This document shows, piece by piece, positions 40,525-51,451 of a stretch of DNA of 64,000 bases. Every line of letters starts with the position of its first letter. Within the stretch, counting starts at the first letter, position 1. The stretch comes from Burkholderiales bacterium (GTDB lineage Bacteria; Pseudomonadota; Gammaproteobacteria; Burkholderiales; Burkholderiaceae_F). The notes under the pieces are model-generated. The model had not been told where the DNA came from and ran no database searches. It was given only the letters and a program-made list of their open reading frames with translations. Where the stretch lies: the NCBI GenBank assembly GCA_037442465.1, contig JBBIQI010000001.1, forward strand, positions 5,498 to 69,497, written 5' to 3'. Both the position numbers and the translations under genes were made by a program.

Positions 40525-42855
40525 ATGGTTGAGATCGAAATCGACGGCCGCAAGGTGCAGGTGTCCGAAGGCAGCATGCTGATGGACGCCGCCAACAAGC
40601 TCGGCATCTACATTCCGCACTTCTGCTACCACAAGAAGCTGTCGATCGCGGCCAACTGCCGCATGTGTCTGGTCGACGTCGAAAAGGCGCCCAAACCGAT
40701 GCCGGCGTGCGCCACCCCGGTCGTGCAGGGCATGGTCGTGCACACCGCGAACGCCAGGGCCAGGCAGGCGCAGAAGGGCGTGATGGAGTTCCTGCTGATC
40801 AACCATCCGCTCGACTGCCCGATCTGCGACCAGGGCGGCGAATGCCAGCTTCAGGACCTGGCGGTCGGCTACGGCGCGTCGTCGTCGCGCTACGCGGAGC
40901 CCAAGCGCGTGGTTTTCCGCAAGGACGTCGGACCGCTGATCGCGGCCGAGGAGATGAGCCGCTGCATCCACTGCACGCGCTGCGTGCGCTTCGGGCAGGA
41001 GATCGCCGGCATCATGGAACTGGGCATGGCCGGCCGCGGCGAGCACTCCGAGATCCTCGCGTTCGTCGACCGCACCGTGGATTCGGAGCTGTCGGGCAAC
41101 ATGATCGACCTGTGCCCGGTCGGTGCGCTGACCAGCAAGCCGTTCCGCTACGCGGCGCGCACCTGGGAGCTGGCGCGCCGCAAGAGCGTCAGCCCGCACG
41201 ATTCGCTCGGCTCCAACCTGATCATGCAGGTCAAGAACCAGCGCGTGCTGCGCGTCGTTCCGTACGAGAACGAAGAGGTCAACGAGTGCTGGCTGTCCGA
41301 CCGCGACCGCTTCTCCTACGAGGGTCTGTACGCGGCCGACCGGCTGACGCGCCCGCTGCTGAAGCAGGGCGGGCAGTGGCGCGAGGTCGACTGGCCGGAT
41401 GCGCTCGCCTTCGTCGCCGGCGCGCTCAATCACGTCAAGGTCGAGCACGGCGCCGACGCGATCGGCGCGCTCGCCGCGCCCGGCAGCACGCTCGAGGAAC
41501 TGTTCCTGCTCGGCAAGCTGATGCGTGCGCTGGGCAGCGACAACGTCGACTTCCGGCTGCGGCATAGCGACTTCTCGGCCGACGCGCAGCGCGCCGGCGC
41601 GCCGTGGCTCGGAATGAAGGTCGCCGAGATCGACGCGCTCGACCGCGTGCTGCTGGTCGGCTCGTTCCTGCGCAAGGACCATCCGCTGCTCGCCACGCGC
41701 GTGCGGCACGCGGTCAAGCGCGGCGCGCAGGCGAGCGTCGTGCACACGGTCGACGACGATCTGCTGATGCCGCTCGCCGGCAAGGCGATCGTGCCGCCCG
41801 ATGCGTGGGTGCAGACGCTGGCGGAGGTCGCCGCGGCGCTGGCGCAGATCAAAGGCATCGCCGCGCCGGTCGCAGGCGTGGCGCCCGGCGCGGCGGCGAA
41901 GACGATCGCGGCGTCGCTCGCCTCTGGCAGCAACGCGGCGATCCTGCTCGGTAACGCCGCCGTGCAGCACCCGCACGCGGCGCAGCTGCATGCCTGGGCA
42001 CAGTGGCTCGCGCAGGCGCTCGGCTGCAGGTTCGGCTTCCTTGGCGAGGCCGCCAACAGCGTCGGCGGCTATCTGGCCGGCGCGCTGCCGAGGCAGGGCG
42101 GACTGGATGCCGCGCGCATGATCGCCGCGCCGCGCCGCGCGTACCTGCTGTGGAACCTCGAGCCCGAGTTCGACACCGCCGATCCTGCGGCGACGATGCA
42201 GGCGCTGGCGGCGGCCGATGTCGTGATCGCGTTCTCGCCCTATCGCAACGGCGCGCTCGAGTACGCGCAGGCGATCCTGCCGATCGCGCCGTTTGCCGAG
42301 ACGTCCGGCACCTTCGTCAACGCCGAAGGTCGCGTGCAGAGCTTCAACGGGACGGTCAGGCCGCTCGGCGAGGCGCGGCCCGGCTGGAAGGTGCTGCGCG
42401 TTCTCGGAAACGAACTGGGGCTGCCGGGATTCGATTACGAGACGCCCGAAGCGGTGCGCGCCGAGGCGATTCCGGCCGATGTGGCCGCGCGGCTGTCGAA
42501 TGCGACCACGCTGGCGCCGGCGCTCGTGCGGCCGACGGGCGGCGTGCAGCGCATCGCCGACGTGCCGATCTATTTCGTCGACGCCATCGTGCGGCGAGCC
42601 GAGTCGCTGCAGAACACGCGCGACGCGAGGCCGCCCAAGGCGACCGCCAATGCCGCGACGCTGGCGCGTTTCGGACTGGCGCCGGGGCTCAAGGCGCGGG
42701 TCGTGCAGGCTGGCGCCCGGCGCGAGGCGGCCGCGTTGCTCGAGTGCGCACTTGACGAACGGCTGCCCGACGGCGTCGTGCGCGTGCCTGCCGCACACGC
42801 CGCGACCGCCACGCTGGGGGCGATGTTCGGGCCGATCGCGCTGGAGCGGGCGTGA
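40525..42855 (+). CDS. nuoG: NADH-quinone oxidoreductase subunit G
   Basis: [46 protein letters not shown]. Confidence 0.97.
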   Translation: MVEIEIDGRKVQVSEGSMLMDAANKLGIYIPHFCYHKKLSIAANCRMCLVDVEKAPKPMPACATPVVQGMVVHTANARARQAQKGVMEFLLINHPLDCPICDQGGECQLQDLAVGYGASSSRYAEPKRVVFRKDVGPLIAAEEMSRCIHCTRCVRFGQEIAGIMELGMAGRGEHSEILAFVDRTVDSELSGNMIDLCPVGALTSKPFRYAARTWELARRKSVSPHDSLGSNLIMQVKNQRVLRVVPYENEEVNECWLSDRDRFSYEGLYAADRLTRPLLKQGGQWREVDWPDALAFVAGALNHVKVEHGADAIGALAAPGSTLEELFLLGKLMRALGSDNVDFRLRHSDFSADAQRAGAPWLGMKVAEIDALDRVLLVGSFLRKDHPLLATRVRHAVKRGAQASVVHTVDDDLLMPLAGKAIVPPDAWVQTLAEVAAALAQIKGIAAPVAGVAPGAAAKTIAASLASGSNAAILLGNAAVQHPHAAQLHAWAQWLAQALGCRFGFLGEAANSVGGYLAGALPRQGGLDAARMIAAPRRAYLLWNLEPEFDTADPAATMQALAAADVVIAFSPYRNGALEYAQAILPIAPFAETSGTFVNAEGRVQSFNGTVRPLGEARPGWKVLRVLGNELGLPGFDYETPEAVRAEAIPADVAARLSNATTLAPALVRPTGGVQRIADVPIYFVDAIVRRAESLQNTRDARPPKATANAATLARFGLAPGLKARVVQAGARREAAALLECALDERLPDGVVRVPAAHAATATLGAMFGPIALERA

Positions 42856-43949
42856 TGAACGGCGTGCTCGAGTTCGGCAACGAGGTGTTCGGCGGCGCGT
42901 GGCCGACGGTGTGGACGCTGGCGAAGATCGTCGCGATCGTGCTGCCGCTGCTGGTGCTGGTCGCGTATCTGACGCTGTGGGAGCGCAAGCTGATCGGCTG
43001 GATGCACGTGCGGCTCGGACCCAACCGGGTCGGTTACGGCGGCCTGCTGCAGCCGTGGGCCGACGCCGTCAAGCTGATCTTCAAGGAAGTCATCGCGCCG
43101 GCGCAGGCCGACAAGCCGCTGTTCTTCCTCGCGCCGGTGATGGTGATGATGCCGGCGCTCGCCGCGTGGGCGGTCGTGCCCTTCGGCCCCGGTCTGGTGC
43201 TTGCGGACATCAACGCCGGGCTGCTGTTCGTGATGGCGGTGACCTCGGTCGGCGTCTATGGCGTGATCATCGCCGGCTGGGCGTCGAACTCCAAGTACGC
43301 CTTCCTCGGCGCGATGCGCGCCGCCGCGCAAATGGTCAGCTACGAGCTGGCGATGGGCTTCGTGCTGGTGACCGTGCTGCTCGTGGCCGGCACGCTGAAC
43401 ATGACCGGCATCGTCAACGGCCAGAACACCGGCTACTTCGCCGAACGCGGCCTGAACTTCCTGTCGTGGAACTGGCTGCCGCTCGCGCCGCTGGCCGTGA
43501 TCTACGTGGTCTCGAGCGTGGCCGAGACCAACCGCCATCCGTTCGACGTGGTCGAGGGCGAGAGCGAGATCGTCGCCGGCCACATGATCGAGTACTCCGG
43601 AATGAGCTTCGCGGTGTTCTTCCTCGGCGAATACGCGAACATGATCCTGCTGTCGACGCTGGCGACGATCATGTTTTTCGGCGGCTGGGCCGCGCCGGTC
43701 AATCTCGAGATCCTGCTGGGGGTGGACTTCCCCGCGTGGTTCGACGGGCTGTCGAACTGGTTCTGGCTGTTCGCGAAGGCGTTCGTCGTCGTGTCGCTGT
43801 TCATCTGGTTCCGCGCATCGTTCCCGCGCTACCGCTACGACCAGATCATGCGGCTCGGCTGGAAGGTCTTCATCCCGATCACGCTGGTCTGGCTCGTGGT
43901 GGTCGCGGTGTGGATGCAGACGCCGTTGAACATCTGGAAGGCCGGGTGA
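42852..43949 (+). CDS. nuoH: NADH-quinone oxidoreductase subunit H
   Basis: [48 protein letters not shown]. Confidence 0.97.
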   Translation: MMNGVLEFGNEVFGGAWPTVWTLAKIVAIVLPLLVLVAYLTLWERKLIGWMHVRLGPNRVGYGGLLQPWADAVKLIFKEVIAPAQADKPLFFLAPVMVMMPALAAWAVVPFGPGLVLADINAGLLFVMAVTSVGVYGVIIAGWASNSKYAFLGAMRAAAQMVSYELAMGFVLVTVLLVAGTLNMTGIVNGQNTGYFAERGLNFLSWNWLPLAPLAVIYVVSSVAETNRHPFDVVEGESEIVAGHMIEYSGMSFAVFFLGEYANMILLSTLATIMFFGGWAAPVNLEILLGVDFPAWFDGLSNWFWLFAKAFVVVSLFIWFRASFPRYRYDQIMRLGWKVFIPITLVWLVVVAVWMQTPLNIWKAG

Positions 43950-43951
43950 TC

Positions 43952-44440
43952 ATGGAAGCCGTGCGCGAGTTCTTCGGCAGTCTGCTCTTGCGCGAGCTGC
44001 TCAAGGGCATGGCGCTGACGGGGCGCTACCTGTTCGCGCGCAAGATCACGATCCAATACCCGGAAGAAAAGACGCCGATGTCGCCGCGCTTCCGCGGGCT
44101 GCATGCGCTGCGCCGCTATCCGAACGGCGAGGAGCGCTGCATCGCGTGCAAGCTGTGCGAGGCGGTCTGTCCGGCGTTGGCGATCACGATCGAGAGCGAA
44201 CAGCGGGCCGACGGCACGCGCCGCACGACCCGTTACGACATCGACCTGACCAAGTGCATCTTCTGCGGATTCTGCGAAGAGAGCTGCCCGGTCGACTCGA
44301 TCGTCGAGACGCACATCCACGAATACCACGGCGAGAAGCGCGGCGACCTGTACTACACGAAGGAAATGCTGCTCGCGGTCGGCGACCGCTACGAGAAGCA
44401 GATCGCCGCTGCGCGCGCCGAGGACGCGCGCTACCGGTAG
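43952..44440 (+). CDS. nuoI: NADH-quinone oxidoreductase subunit I
   Basis: [12 protein letters not shown] and [12 protein letters not shown] 4Fe-4S motifs. Confidence 0.97.
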   Translation: MEAVREFFGSLLLRELLKGMALTGRYLFARKITIQYPEEKTPMSPRFRGLHALRRYPNGEERCIACKLCEAVCPALAITIESEQRADGTRRTTRYDIDLTKCIFCGFCEESCPVDSIVETHIHEYHGEKRGDLYYTKEMLLAVGDRYEKQIAAARAEDARYR

Positions 44441-44465
44441 GCGGCCGCCGCCCGAAGGCACCCGG

Positions 44466-45101
44466 ATGGATACCAAGACCACCCTGTTCATCGTGTTCTC
44501 CGCGGTTCTGCTGGTCGCCGCGGTGCGCGTGATCACCGCGCGCAACCCCGTGCACGCGGTGCTTTTCCTGGTGCTGTCGTTCTTCTCGGCGGCTGCGCTG
44601 TGGATGCTCGCGCGCGCGGAATTCCTCGCGATCGCGCTGGTGCTGGTCTACGTCGGCGCGGTGATGGTGCTGTTCCTGTTCGTCGTGATGATGCTCGACA
44701 TCAACGTCGACCGGCTGCGGCAGGGCTTCTGGCGCCATCTGCCGTTGGCCGGCGTCGTCGCCGCGCTGATCGTGCTGCAACTGTGGCTCGTGCTGTCGTA
44801 CGGGCGCTGGCAGACGATGACCGAGCCCGGTCCGGGTGGGCGCGGGGCGAACAACATCGAGGTGCTCGGCCGGCTGACCTTCACCGAATACGTCTATCCG
44901 CTGCAGGTCGCCGGCGTCATCCTGCTGGTGGCGATCGTCGCGGCGATCGCGCTGACGCTGCGCCGTCGCAAGGACACCAAGTACCAGGATCCGTCGCGCC
45001 AAATCAAGGTCAGGCGCGAAGAGCGCGTACGGCTGGTGGCGATGCCGACCGACGCGGAGGGGCGCCAGACGGGCGCGGTCACCGGGGCGAAGAAGACCTG
45101 A
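44466..45101 (+). CDS. nuoJ: NADH-quinone oxidoreductase subunit J
   Basis: [26 protein letters not shown]. Confidence 0.96.
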   Translation: MDTKTTLFIVFSAVLLVAAVRVITARNPVHAVLFLVLSFFSAAALWMLARAEFLAIALVLVYVGAVMVLFLFVVMMLDINVDRLRQGFWRHLPLAGVVAALIVLQLWLVLSYGRWQTMTEPGPGGRGANNIEVLGRLTFTEYVYPLQVAGVILLVAIVAAIALTLRRRKDTKYQDPSRQIKVRREERVRLVAMPTDAEGRQTGAVTGAKKT

Positions 45102-45135
45102 GAAGCGCGCAAGGCAGAGGGGGGCAAGAACAAAC

Positions 45136-45441
45136 ATGGTTTCGCTGTCCTGGTACCTGGGCGTGGGCGCGCTGCTGTTCGCGATCAGCGTGATCGGCAT
45201 CTTCCTGAACCGCAAGAACCTGATCGTGCTGCTGATGGCGATCGAGCTGATGCTGCTGGCGGTCAACACCAACTTCGTCGCGTTCTCGCACTACCTCGGC
45301 GACTTCCACGGGCAGGTGTTCGTGTTCTTCATCCTGACCGTCGCCGCGGCCGAATCGGCGATCGGGCTGGCGATTCTGGTCGTGCTGTTCCGCAACCTGT
45401 CGACGATCAACGTCGACGAGCTCGATGCATTGAAGGGCTGA
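45136..45441 (+). CDS. nuoK: NADH-quinone oxidoreductase subunit K
   Basis: [26 protein letters not shown]. Confidence 0.96.
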   Translation: MVSLSWYLGVGALLFAISVIGIFLNRKNLIVLLMAIELMLLAVNTNFVAFSHYLGDFHGQVFVFFILTVAAAESAIGLAILVVLFRNLSTINVDELDALKG

Positions 45442-45442
45442 A

Positions 45443-47488
45443 ATGACCTCGATGCAGAAGCTCTACCTGCTCGTTGTGCTGGCGCCGCTGGCGGGCGCGA
45501 TCCTGGCGGGCCTGGGCGGCCGCGTGCTCGGCCGCGCCGGCAGCCATACGGTGACGATCTTCGGTGTGCTGGTGGCGACGATCGCCTCGGCGCTCGTGTT
45601 CGTCGACGTCGTCTACCGCGGGCATACGTTCAACGGCAACGTCTACACGTGGTCGACCGTCGGCGACCTCACGCTGGCGATCGGCTTCCTGATCGATCCG
45701 CTCACCGCGCTGATGATGCTGGTGGTCAGCTTCGTGTCGCTGATGGTGCATGTGTACACGATCGGCTACATGGCCGACGATCCGGGCTACCAGCGCTTCT
45801 TCGCGTACATCTCGCTCTTCACCTTCTCGATGCTGATGCTGGTGATGAGCAACAACTTCCTGCAGCTGTTCTTCGGCTGGGAGGCGGTGGGTCTGGTCTC
45901 GTACCTGCTGATCGGCTTCTGGTACAAGCGGCCGACGGCGATCCACGCCAACCTGAAAGCCTTCCTGGTCAACCGCGTCGGCGACTTCGGCTTCATCCTC
46001 GGCATCGGGCTCGTATTCGCGTACTTCGGCACGCTCGACTACGCCGCGGTGTTCAAGGCCGCACCGCAGTTGGTCGCCAAGGGCCCGACGCTGCCCGGCA
46101 CCGACTGGGCGCTGATCACGGTGATCTGCGTCTGCCTGTTCATCGGCGCGATGGGCAAGAGCGCGCAGTTTCCGCTGCACGTCTGGCTGCCCGACTCGAT
46201 GGAGGGCCCGACACCGATTTCCGCGCTGATCCACGCGGCCACGATGGTGACCGCGGGCATCTTCATGGTCGCGCGCATGTCGCCGCTGTTCGAGCTGTCG
46301 GAGGCCGCACTTTCGTTCGTCATCGTGATCGGCGCGATCACGGCGCTGTTCATGGGCTTCCTCGGCATCGTGCAGAACGACATCAAGCGCGTGGTCGCCT
46401 ATTCGACGCTGTCGCAGCTCGGCTACATGACCGTCGCGTTGGGGGCGTCGGCGTATTCGGTCGCGATCTTTCATCTGATGACGCATGCGTTCTTCAAGGC
46501 GCTGCTGTTCCTTGCCGCAGGCTCGGTGATCATCGGTCTGCACCACGACCAGGACCTGCGCAACATGGGCGGGCTGCGCAAGTACATGCCGGTCACCTGG
46601 ATCACCGCGCTGATCGGCTCGCTTGCGCTGATCGGAACGCCGTTTTTCTCCGGCTTCTATTCGAAGGACAGCATCCTGATCGCCACCGGTGCCGCGACCG
46701 TGCCGGGCAGCGGCTTCGCGTACTTCGCGGTGACCGCCGGCGTGTTCGTCACCGCCTTTTACTCGTTCCGCATGTACTTCCTGGCGTTTCACGGCAAGGA
46801 GCGTTTCGGCCACGTGCACGACCAGGACCACGAGGACGAGGAGCCGACCGGCGATCACCATCACGGGCTGGCACCCGGCGAAAAACCGCACGAGTCGCCG
46901 GCGGTGGTGACGATCCCGCTGATCCTGCTCGCGATCCCATCGGTGGTGATCGGGTTCGTCGCGGTCGAAAAGCTGCTGTTCGGCGACTTCTTCCGCGACG
47001 CGATCTTCGTCGACGCCAAGGCGCACCCGGCGCTGGGCGTGCTGCACGAGCACTTTCACGGTGCCACCGCGATGGCGCTGCACGGCTTTGTCACGCTGCC
47101 GTTTTTCCTGGCGCTGGCCGGCGTGCTGCTGGCGTGGTTCTTCTACCTGAAACGGCCGGACATCCCGGAGATGCTCGCGCAGCGTTTTTCGGCGCTGTAC
47201 GCGCTGCTCGTCAACAAGTACTACATGGACCGCTTCAACGAAATCGTCTTCGCCGGCGGCGCGCGCGCGATCGGGCTCGGGCTGTGGAAGGGCGGCGACG
47301 TCGCGCTGATCGACGGCGCCGCGGTCAACGGCTCGGCGCGGCTCGTCGGCTGGGCAGCCAGCGTGATCCGCTTCGTGCAGTCCGGCTACATCTACCACTA
47401 CGCGTTCGCGATGTTGATCGGCATCGCGATCGTGCTGTTCTTCTTCCTGACGCTGCCGTACGTGTGGCCGGCGCTGACGGCGCGGTGA
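45443..47488 (+). CDS. nuoL: NADH-quinone oxidoreductase subunit L
   Basis: FFGWEAVGLVSYLLIGFW, GKSAQFPLHVWLPDSMEGPTPISALIHAATMV. Confidence 0.97.
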   Translation: MTSMQKLYLLVVLAPLAGAILAGLGGRVLGRAGSHTVTIFGVLVATIASALVFVDVVYRGHTFNGNVYTWSTVGDLTLAIGFLIDPLTALMMLVVSFVSLMVHVYTIGYMADDPGYQRFFAYISLFTFSMLMLVMSNNFLQLFFGWEAVGLVSYLLIGFWYKRPTAIHANLKAFLVNRVGDFGFILGIGLVFAYFGTLDYAAVFKAAPQLVAKGPTLPGTDWALITVICVCLFIGAMGKSAQFPLHVWLPDSMEGPTPISALIHAATMVTAGIFMVARMSPLFELSEAALSFVIVIGAITALFMGFLGIVQNDIKRVVAYSTLSQLGYMTVALGASAYSVAIFHLMTHAFFKALLFLAAGSVIIGLHHDQDLRNMGGLRKYMPVTWITALIGSLALIGTPFFSGFYSKDSILIATGAATVPGSGFAYFAVTAGVFVTAFYSFRMYFLAFHGKERFGHVHDQDHEDEEPTGDHHHGLAPGEKPHESPAVVTIPLILLAIPSVVIGFVAVEKLLFGDFFRDAIFVDAKAHPALGVLHEHFHGATAMALHGFVTLPFFLALAGVLLAWFFYLKRPDIPEMLAQRFSALYALLVNKYYMDRFNEIVFAGGARAIGLGLWKGGDVALIDGAAVNGSARLVGWAASVIRFVQSGYIYHYAFAMLIGIAIVLFFFLTLPYVWPALTAR

Positions 47489-47501
47489 AGGACAGGCGCC
47501 G

Positions 47502-49013
47502 ATGCAGACGATGACGCCCTGGCTGAGCCTCGCGATCTGGATCCCGATCGCCGCGGGCCTGTTCCTGCTCGCGGTCGGGCGCGACCGCAGCGCCGCGCTG
47601 GTCAAGACCGTCGCGCTGGCCGGCAGCCTGCTCGGACTGCTGGTGACGATCCCTCTTTACACGCAGTTCGATGCGGCGCAGGCCGGGCTGCAGTTCGTCG
47701 AAAAGGCCGTGTGGATCGAGCGGCTGAACGCGCACTACTACCTGGGCGTGGACGGCATCTCGGTGTGGTTCGTTCTGCTGACCGCGTTCATGACGGTGCT
47801 CGTCGTGATCGCCGGCTGGGACGTGATCGAACAGAAGGTTGCGCAGTACAACGCTGCCTTCCTGATCCTGTCCGGACTGATGATCGGCGTGTTCGCCGCC
47901 GCCGACGGGCTGCTGTTTTACGTGTTCTTCGAGGCCACGCTGATCCCGATGTACATCATCATCGGCATCTGGGGCGGACCGCGGCGCGTCTACGCGGCGT
48001 TCAAGTTCTTTCTTTACACGCTGGCCGGCTCGCTGCTGATGCTGGTCGCTTTCGTGTACCTGTACTACGCGGCGGGCGGCAGCTTCGACCTGGCCGCCTG
48101 GCGGGCGCTGAAGATCCCGCTGGCGGCGCAGGTCCTGCTGTTTTTCGCGTTCTTCGCGTCGTTCGCAGTCAAGGTGCCGATGTGGCCGGTACATACCTGG
48201 CTGCCCGACGCGCACGTCGAGGCGCCCACCGGCGGATCGGTGATCCTGGCGGCGATCATGCTGAAGCTCGGCGCGTACGGCTTCGTGCGCTTCTCGCTGC
48301 CGATCACGCCGGACGCGTCGCACGAACTGGCGTGGTTCATCGTCGCACTGTCGCTGATCGCGGTCGTCTACGTCGGCTTCGTCGCGCTGGTGCAGACCGA
48401 CATGAAGAAGCTGGTGGCGTACAGCTCGATCGCGCACATGGGATTCGTGACGCTCGGCTTCTTCATCTTCAGCCAGATCGGCGTCGAAGGCGCGCTCGTG
48501 CAGATGATTTCGCACGGCTTCGTCTCGGGCGCGCTGTTCCTGTGCATCGGCGTGCTGTACGACCGCATGCACAGCCGCAACATCGCCGACTACGGCGGCG
48601 TGGTCAACACGATGCCCAAGTTCGCCGCGCTCATGATGCTGTTCGCGATGGCCAACTCGGGGCTGCCCGCCACCAGCGGGTTCGTCGGCGAGTTCATGGT
48701 CATCCTGGGCGCCGTCAAGCACAACTTCTGGATCGGCGCGGCCGCCGCGCTGACGCTGATCCTGGGTGCGGCTTACTCGCTGTGGATGTACAAGCGGGTG
48801 ATCTTCGGCGAAATCGCCAACCCGCGCGTGGCCGCGCTGACCGATCTGAACGCACGCGAATTCATCGTGCTCGCGCTGCTTGCCGTCGCCGTGCTGGGCA
48901 TGGGCGTCTATCCGAAACCGTTCACCGACCTGATGCACGCATCGGTCGCCGACCTGCTGCAACACGTGGCGCAGTCCAAGCTGCCCGCGTCGGCGGTGCT
49001 GAGCGGAAACTGA
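47502..49013 (+). CDS. nuoM: NADH-quinone oxidoreductase subunit M
   Basis: FYVFFEATLIPMY, VKVPMWPVHTWLPDAHVEAPT, KKLVAYSSIAHMG. Confidence 0.97.
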   Translation: MQTMTPWLSLAIWIPIAAGLFLLAVGRDRSAALVKTVALAGSLLGLLVTIPLYTQFDAAQAGLQFVEKAVWIERLNAHYYLGVDGISVWFVLLTAFMTVLVVIAGWDVIEQKVAQYNAAFLILSGLMIGVFAAADGLLFYVFFEATLIPMYIIIGIWGGPRRVYAAFKFFLYTLAGSLLMLVAFVYLYYAAGGSFDLAAWRALKIPLAAQVLLFFAFFASFAVKVPMWPVHTWLPDAHVEAPTGGSVILAAIMLKLGAYGFVRFSLPITPDASHELAWFIVALSLIAVVYVGFVALVQTDMKKLVAYSSIAHMGFVTLGFFIFSQIGVEGALVQMISHGFVSGALFLCIGVLYDRMHSRNIADYGGVVNTMPKFAALMMLFAMANSGLPATSGFVGEFMVILGAVKHNFWIGAAAALTLILGAAYSLWMYKRVIFGEIANPRVAALTDLNAREFIVLALLAVAVLGMGVYPKPFTDLMHASVADLLQHVAQSKLPASAVLSGN

Positions 49014-49029
49014 GGCGGGCGAAGACACC

Positions 49030-50517
49030 ATGGACAAGCTGAACCTCATTGCCGCCGCGCCTGAGATCGCGCTCGCCGCCGCCGCCGGCGCCGTCATGGT
49101 TGCCGATCTGTTCGTCTCCGACGCCCGCCGCAACGCCACCTATGCGCTGACGCTCGCCGCGCTCGTGCTCGTCGCCGGCGTGTGCGCGTTCTTCCTCGCC
49201 AACGACATCGTGCAGTACGCGTTCCACGGCATGTACGTGACCGACCCGATGGCCAACGTTCTGAAGCTCTTTGCCGTGCTGTGCACGGCGCTGACGCTGG
49301 TGTACGCGCAGGGTTACGCACGCGATCGCGGCATCTGGAAGGGGGAGATCTTCTCGCTTGCGCTGTTCGTGCTGCTCGGCATCTTCGTGATGATCTCGGC
49401 GAACAACCTCCTGGTGATCTACCTCGGGCTGGAGCTGCAGGCGCTCGCGCTGTACGCGCTGGTCGCGCTGCGGCGCGACGACGCCCGCGCGACCGAGGCG
49501 GCGATGAAGTACTTCGTGCTGGGTGCGCTTGCTTCGGGTTTCCTGCTGTACGGGATGTCGATGCTGTACGGAGCGGCCGGCACGCTCGATCTGAACGATC
49601 TGGCGCGGCGCATCGCCGGCGGCCAGGTCGCGAGCCGCCCGGCGCTGGTGCTCGGCACCGTGTTCATCGTCGCCGGGCTGGGCTTCAAGTTCGGCGCGGT
49701 GCCTTTCCACATGTGGGTGCCCGACGTGTATCACGGCGCGCCCACCCCGGTGACGGTGCTGATCGGTTCGGCGCCGAAGATCGCCGCGTTCGCGATCTCC
49801 TTCCGTCTGCTGGTCGAAGGGCTGCTGCCGCTGGCGGTCGACTGGCAGAAGATGCTCGTCGTGCTCGCGGTCGGCTCGCTCGCGATCGGCAACGTTACCG
49901 CGATCGCGCAGAGCAACCTCAAGCGCATGCTCGCGTACTCGACGATCGGGCAGATGGGGTTCGTGCTGCTGGCGATGCTGTCGGGTGTCGTCGGCGGCGA
50001 CACGATGGCGACCGCTAACGCGTACAGCGCCGCGATGTTCTACGTGATCACCTACGCGATCACCACGCTCGGCACCTTCGGCATCATCATGCTGCTGGCG
50101 CGGCAGGGCTTTGAGGCCGAGGAGATCGCGGACCTGCGCGGGCTGAACCGGCGCAGCCCGTGGTACGCGTTCGTGATGCTGCTGCTGATGTTCTCTCTCG
50201 CCGGCGTGCCGCCGACGGTCGGCTTCTACGCCAAGCTCGTCGTGCTGCAGGCGCTGCTCGGCAGCGGCATCACGACCGGCATGGTCTGGCTGGCGGTGAT
50301 TGCGGTGCTGTTTTCGCTGGTCGGCGCGTTCTACTACCTGCGGGTCGTCAAGGTCATGTACTTCGACGAACCGGCCGACATGTCGCCGATCGTCGCCGCG
50401 CAGGACATGCGGGTGGCGCTGTCGGCCAACGGCGCGTTCGTGCTAGTGCTCGGCGCGATTCCGCAGTACCTGCTCGCGTTGTGCGCGAACGCGATGATCA
50501 GGACCCTCGGCGGATAG
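49030..50517 (+). CDS. nuoN: NADH-quinone oxidoreductase subunit N
   Basis: EAAMKYFVLGALAS, FKFGAVPFHMWVPDVY, KRMLAYSTI, SLAGVPPTVGF. Confidence 0.97.
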   Translation: MDKLNLIAAAPEIALAAAAGAVMVADLFVSDARRNATYALTLAALVLVAGVCAFFLANDIVQYAFHGMYVTDPMANVLKLFAVLCTALTLVYAQGYARDRGIWKGEIFSLALFVLLGIFVMISANNLLVIYLGLELQALALYALVALRRDDARATEAAMKYFVLGALASGFLLYGMSMLYGAAGTLDLNDLARRIAGGQVASRPALVLGTVFIVAGLGFKFGAVPFHMWVPDVYHGAPTPVTVLIGSAPKIAAFAISFRLLVEGLLPLAVDWQKMLVVLAVGSLAIGNVTAIAQSNLKRMLAYSTIGQMGFVLLAMLSGVVGGDTMATANAYSAAMFYVITYAITTLGTFGIIMLLARQGFEAEEIADLRGLNRRSPWYAFVMLLLMFSLAGVPPTVGFYAKLVVLQALLGSGITTGMVWLAVIAVLFSLVGAFYYLRVVKVMYFDEPADMSPIVAAQDMRVALSANGAFVLVLGAIPQYLLALCANAMIRTLGG

Positions 50518-50521
50518 CGTC

Positions 50522-51106
50522 GTGAGCGACCTGCCCGCGTCCGTCGATCCGCTCGCTGAGGAAACGCTCGAGTCGGCGCTGGTGTTCGATGGCGTGCTGC
50601 TGAAGGTCTACTCGGACCAGGTGCGCTGCCCGGACGGGCACATCGCCACGCGCGAGTACCTGCGCCATCCGGGTGCGGTGATGGTGATCCCGCTGCTCGA
50701 CGATGGCCACGTCGTGCTCGAGCGCCAGTACCGCTATCCGGCGCGCCGCAGCTTCACCGAGTTTCCCGCCGGCAAGATCGATCCGGGCGAAGGCCTGCTG
50801 GCGTGCGCGCAACGCGAGCTGATGGAGGAGACCGGCTACAGCGCGGCCGAGTGGGTCTACCTGGGCGGCTTCTACAACGCGATCGGCTACTGCGACGAGA
50901 AGATCGAGGTCTACCTCGCGCGCGGGCTCAAGCGCGAGCGCGAACCGAACAACGACGCCGGCGAGGTGCTCGAAGTCTTCACCGCGCCTTGGGAGGAACT
51001 GCTCGAATGGGTGCGCGAGGGCAGTGTCACCGACGTCAAGACGATCGTCGGCGTCTACTGGCTCGAGCGCTACCTGGCCGGCGAATGGGAAAAGCCTGCG
51101 GACTGA
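50522..51106 (+). CDS. NUDIX hydrolase (ADP-ribose pyrophosphatase-like)
   Basis: Nudix box GKIDPGEGLLACAQRELMEETGY; REYLRHPGAV. Confidence 0.9.
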   Translation: MSDLPASVDPLAEETLESALVFDGVLLKVYSDQVRCPDGHIATREYLRHPGAVMVIPLLDDGHVVLERQYRYPARRSFTEFPAGKIDPGEGLLACAQRELMEETGYSAAEWVYLGGFYNAIGYCDEKIEVYLARGLKREREPNNDAGEVLEVFTAPWEELLEWVREGSVTDVKTIVGVYWLERYLAGEWEKPAD

Positions 51107-51112
51107 GCGCCC

Positions 51113-51403
51113 TCATAAGGCGCGCAGCGCATCGTCCGGGTCGGCGATCGGATCGTCCTCGTGTTCGAGGCCGATCGACATCCGGATCAAGCCTTCGCCG
51201 ATGCCGACCTGTCCGCGCACGTCCTGCGGAACACCGGAGTGCGTCGTCGAGGCCGGATGGCAGATCGGCGACTCGGTGCCGAGCAGGCTGACAACCGGTT
51301 CGTGCGACGTCAGCGGGTCGATGGCGCGCGACGCGGTCGCGCGGCCGTCGCCGTCAACGAGCGGGAAGGTCGAGCCCGCACCGGCACACACGCACCGACA
51401 CAC
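51113..51403 (-). pseudogene. C-terminal remnant of a Cys/Met metabolism PLP enzyme (cystathionine gamma-synthase family)
   Basis: GAGSTF...VSLLGTESPICHPASTTHSGVP...GLIRMSIGLEHEDDPIADP resembles the family C-terminus (VSLGGTESL.CHPA..TH...LIRLSIGLE..DDLIADL); the N-terminal ~3/4 including the PLP-lysine is absent. Confidence 0.8.
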
Positions 51404-51451
51404 GGCGCAACACGCCTGGTCGCGACGCGGCGGCGCGGCGTGCCAGCCTGC

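Noticed and set aside
46801-46880. His/acid-rich loop in NuoL (HVHDQDHEDEEPTGDHHHG)
   Set aside because: Such loops are a usual feature of proteobacterial NuoL as I recall; not novel.
51113-51410. Diversity-generating retroelement as the cause of the A-to-G (plus strand) changes in the pseudogene
   Set aside because: No reverse transcriptase or template/variable repeat pair in the window, and other substitutions are not adenine-specific.
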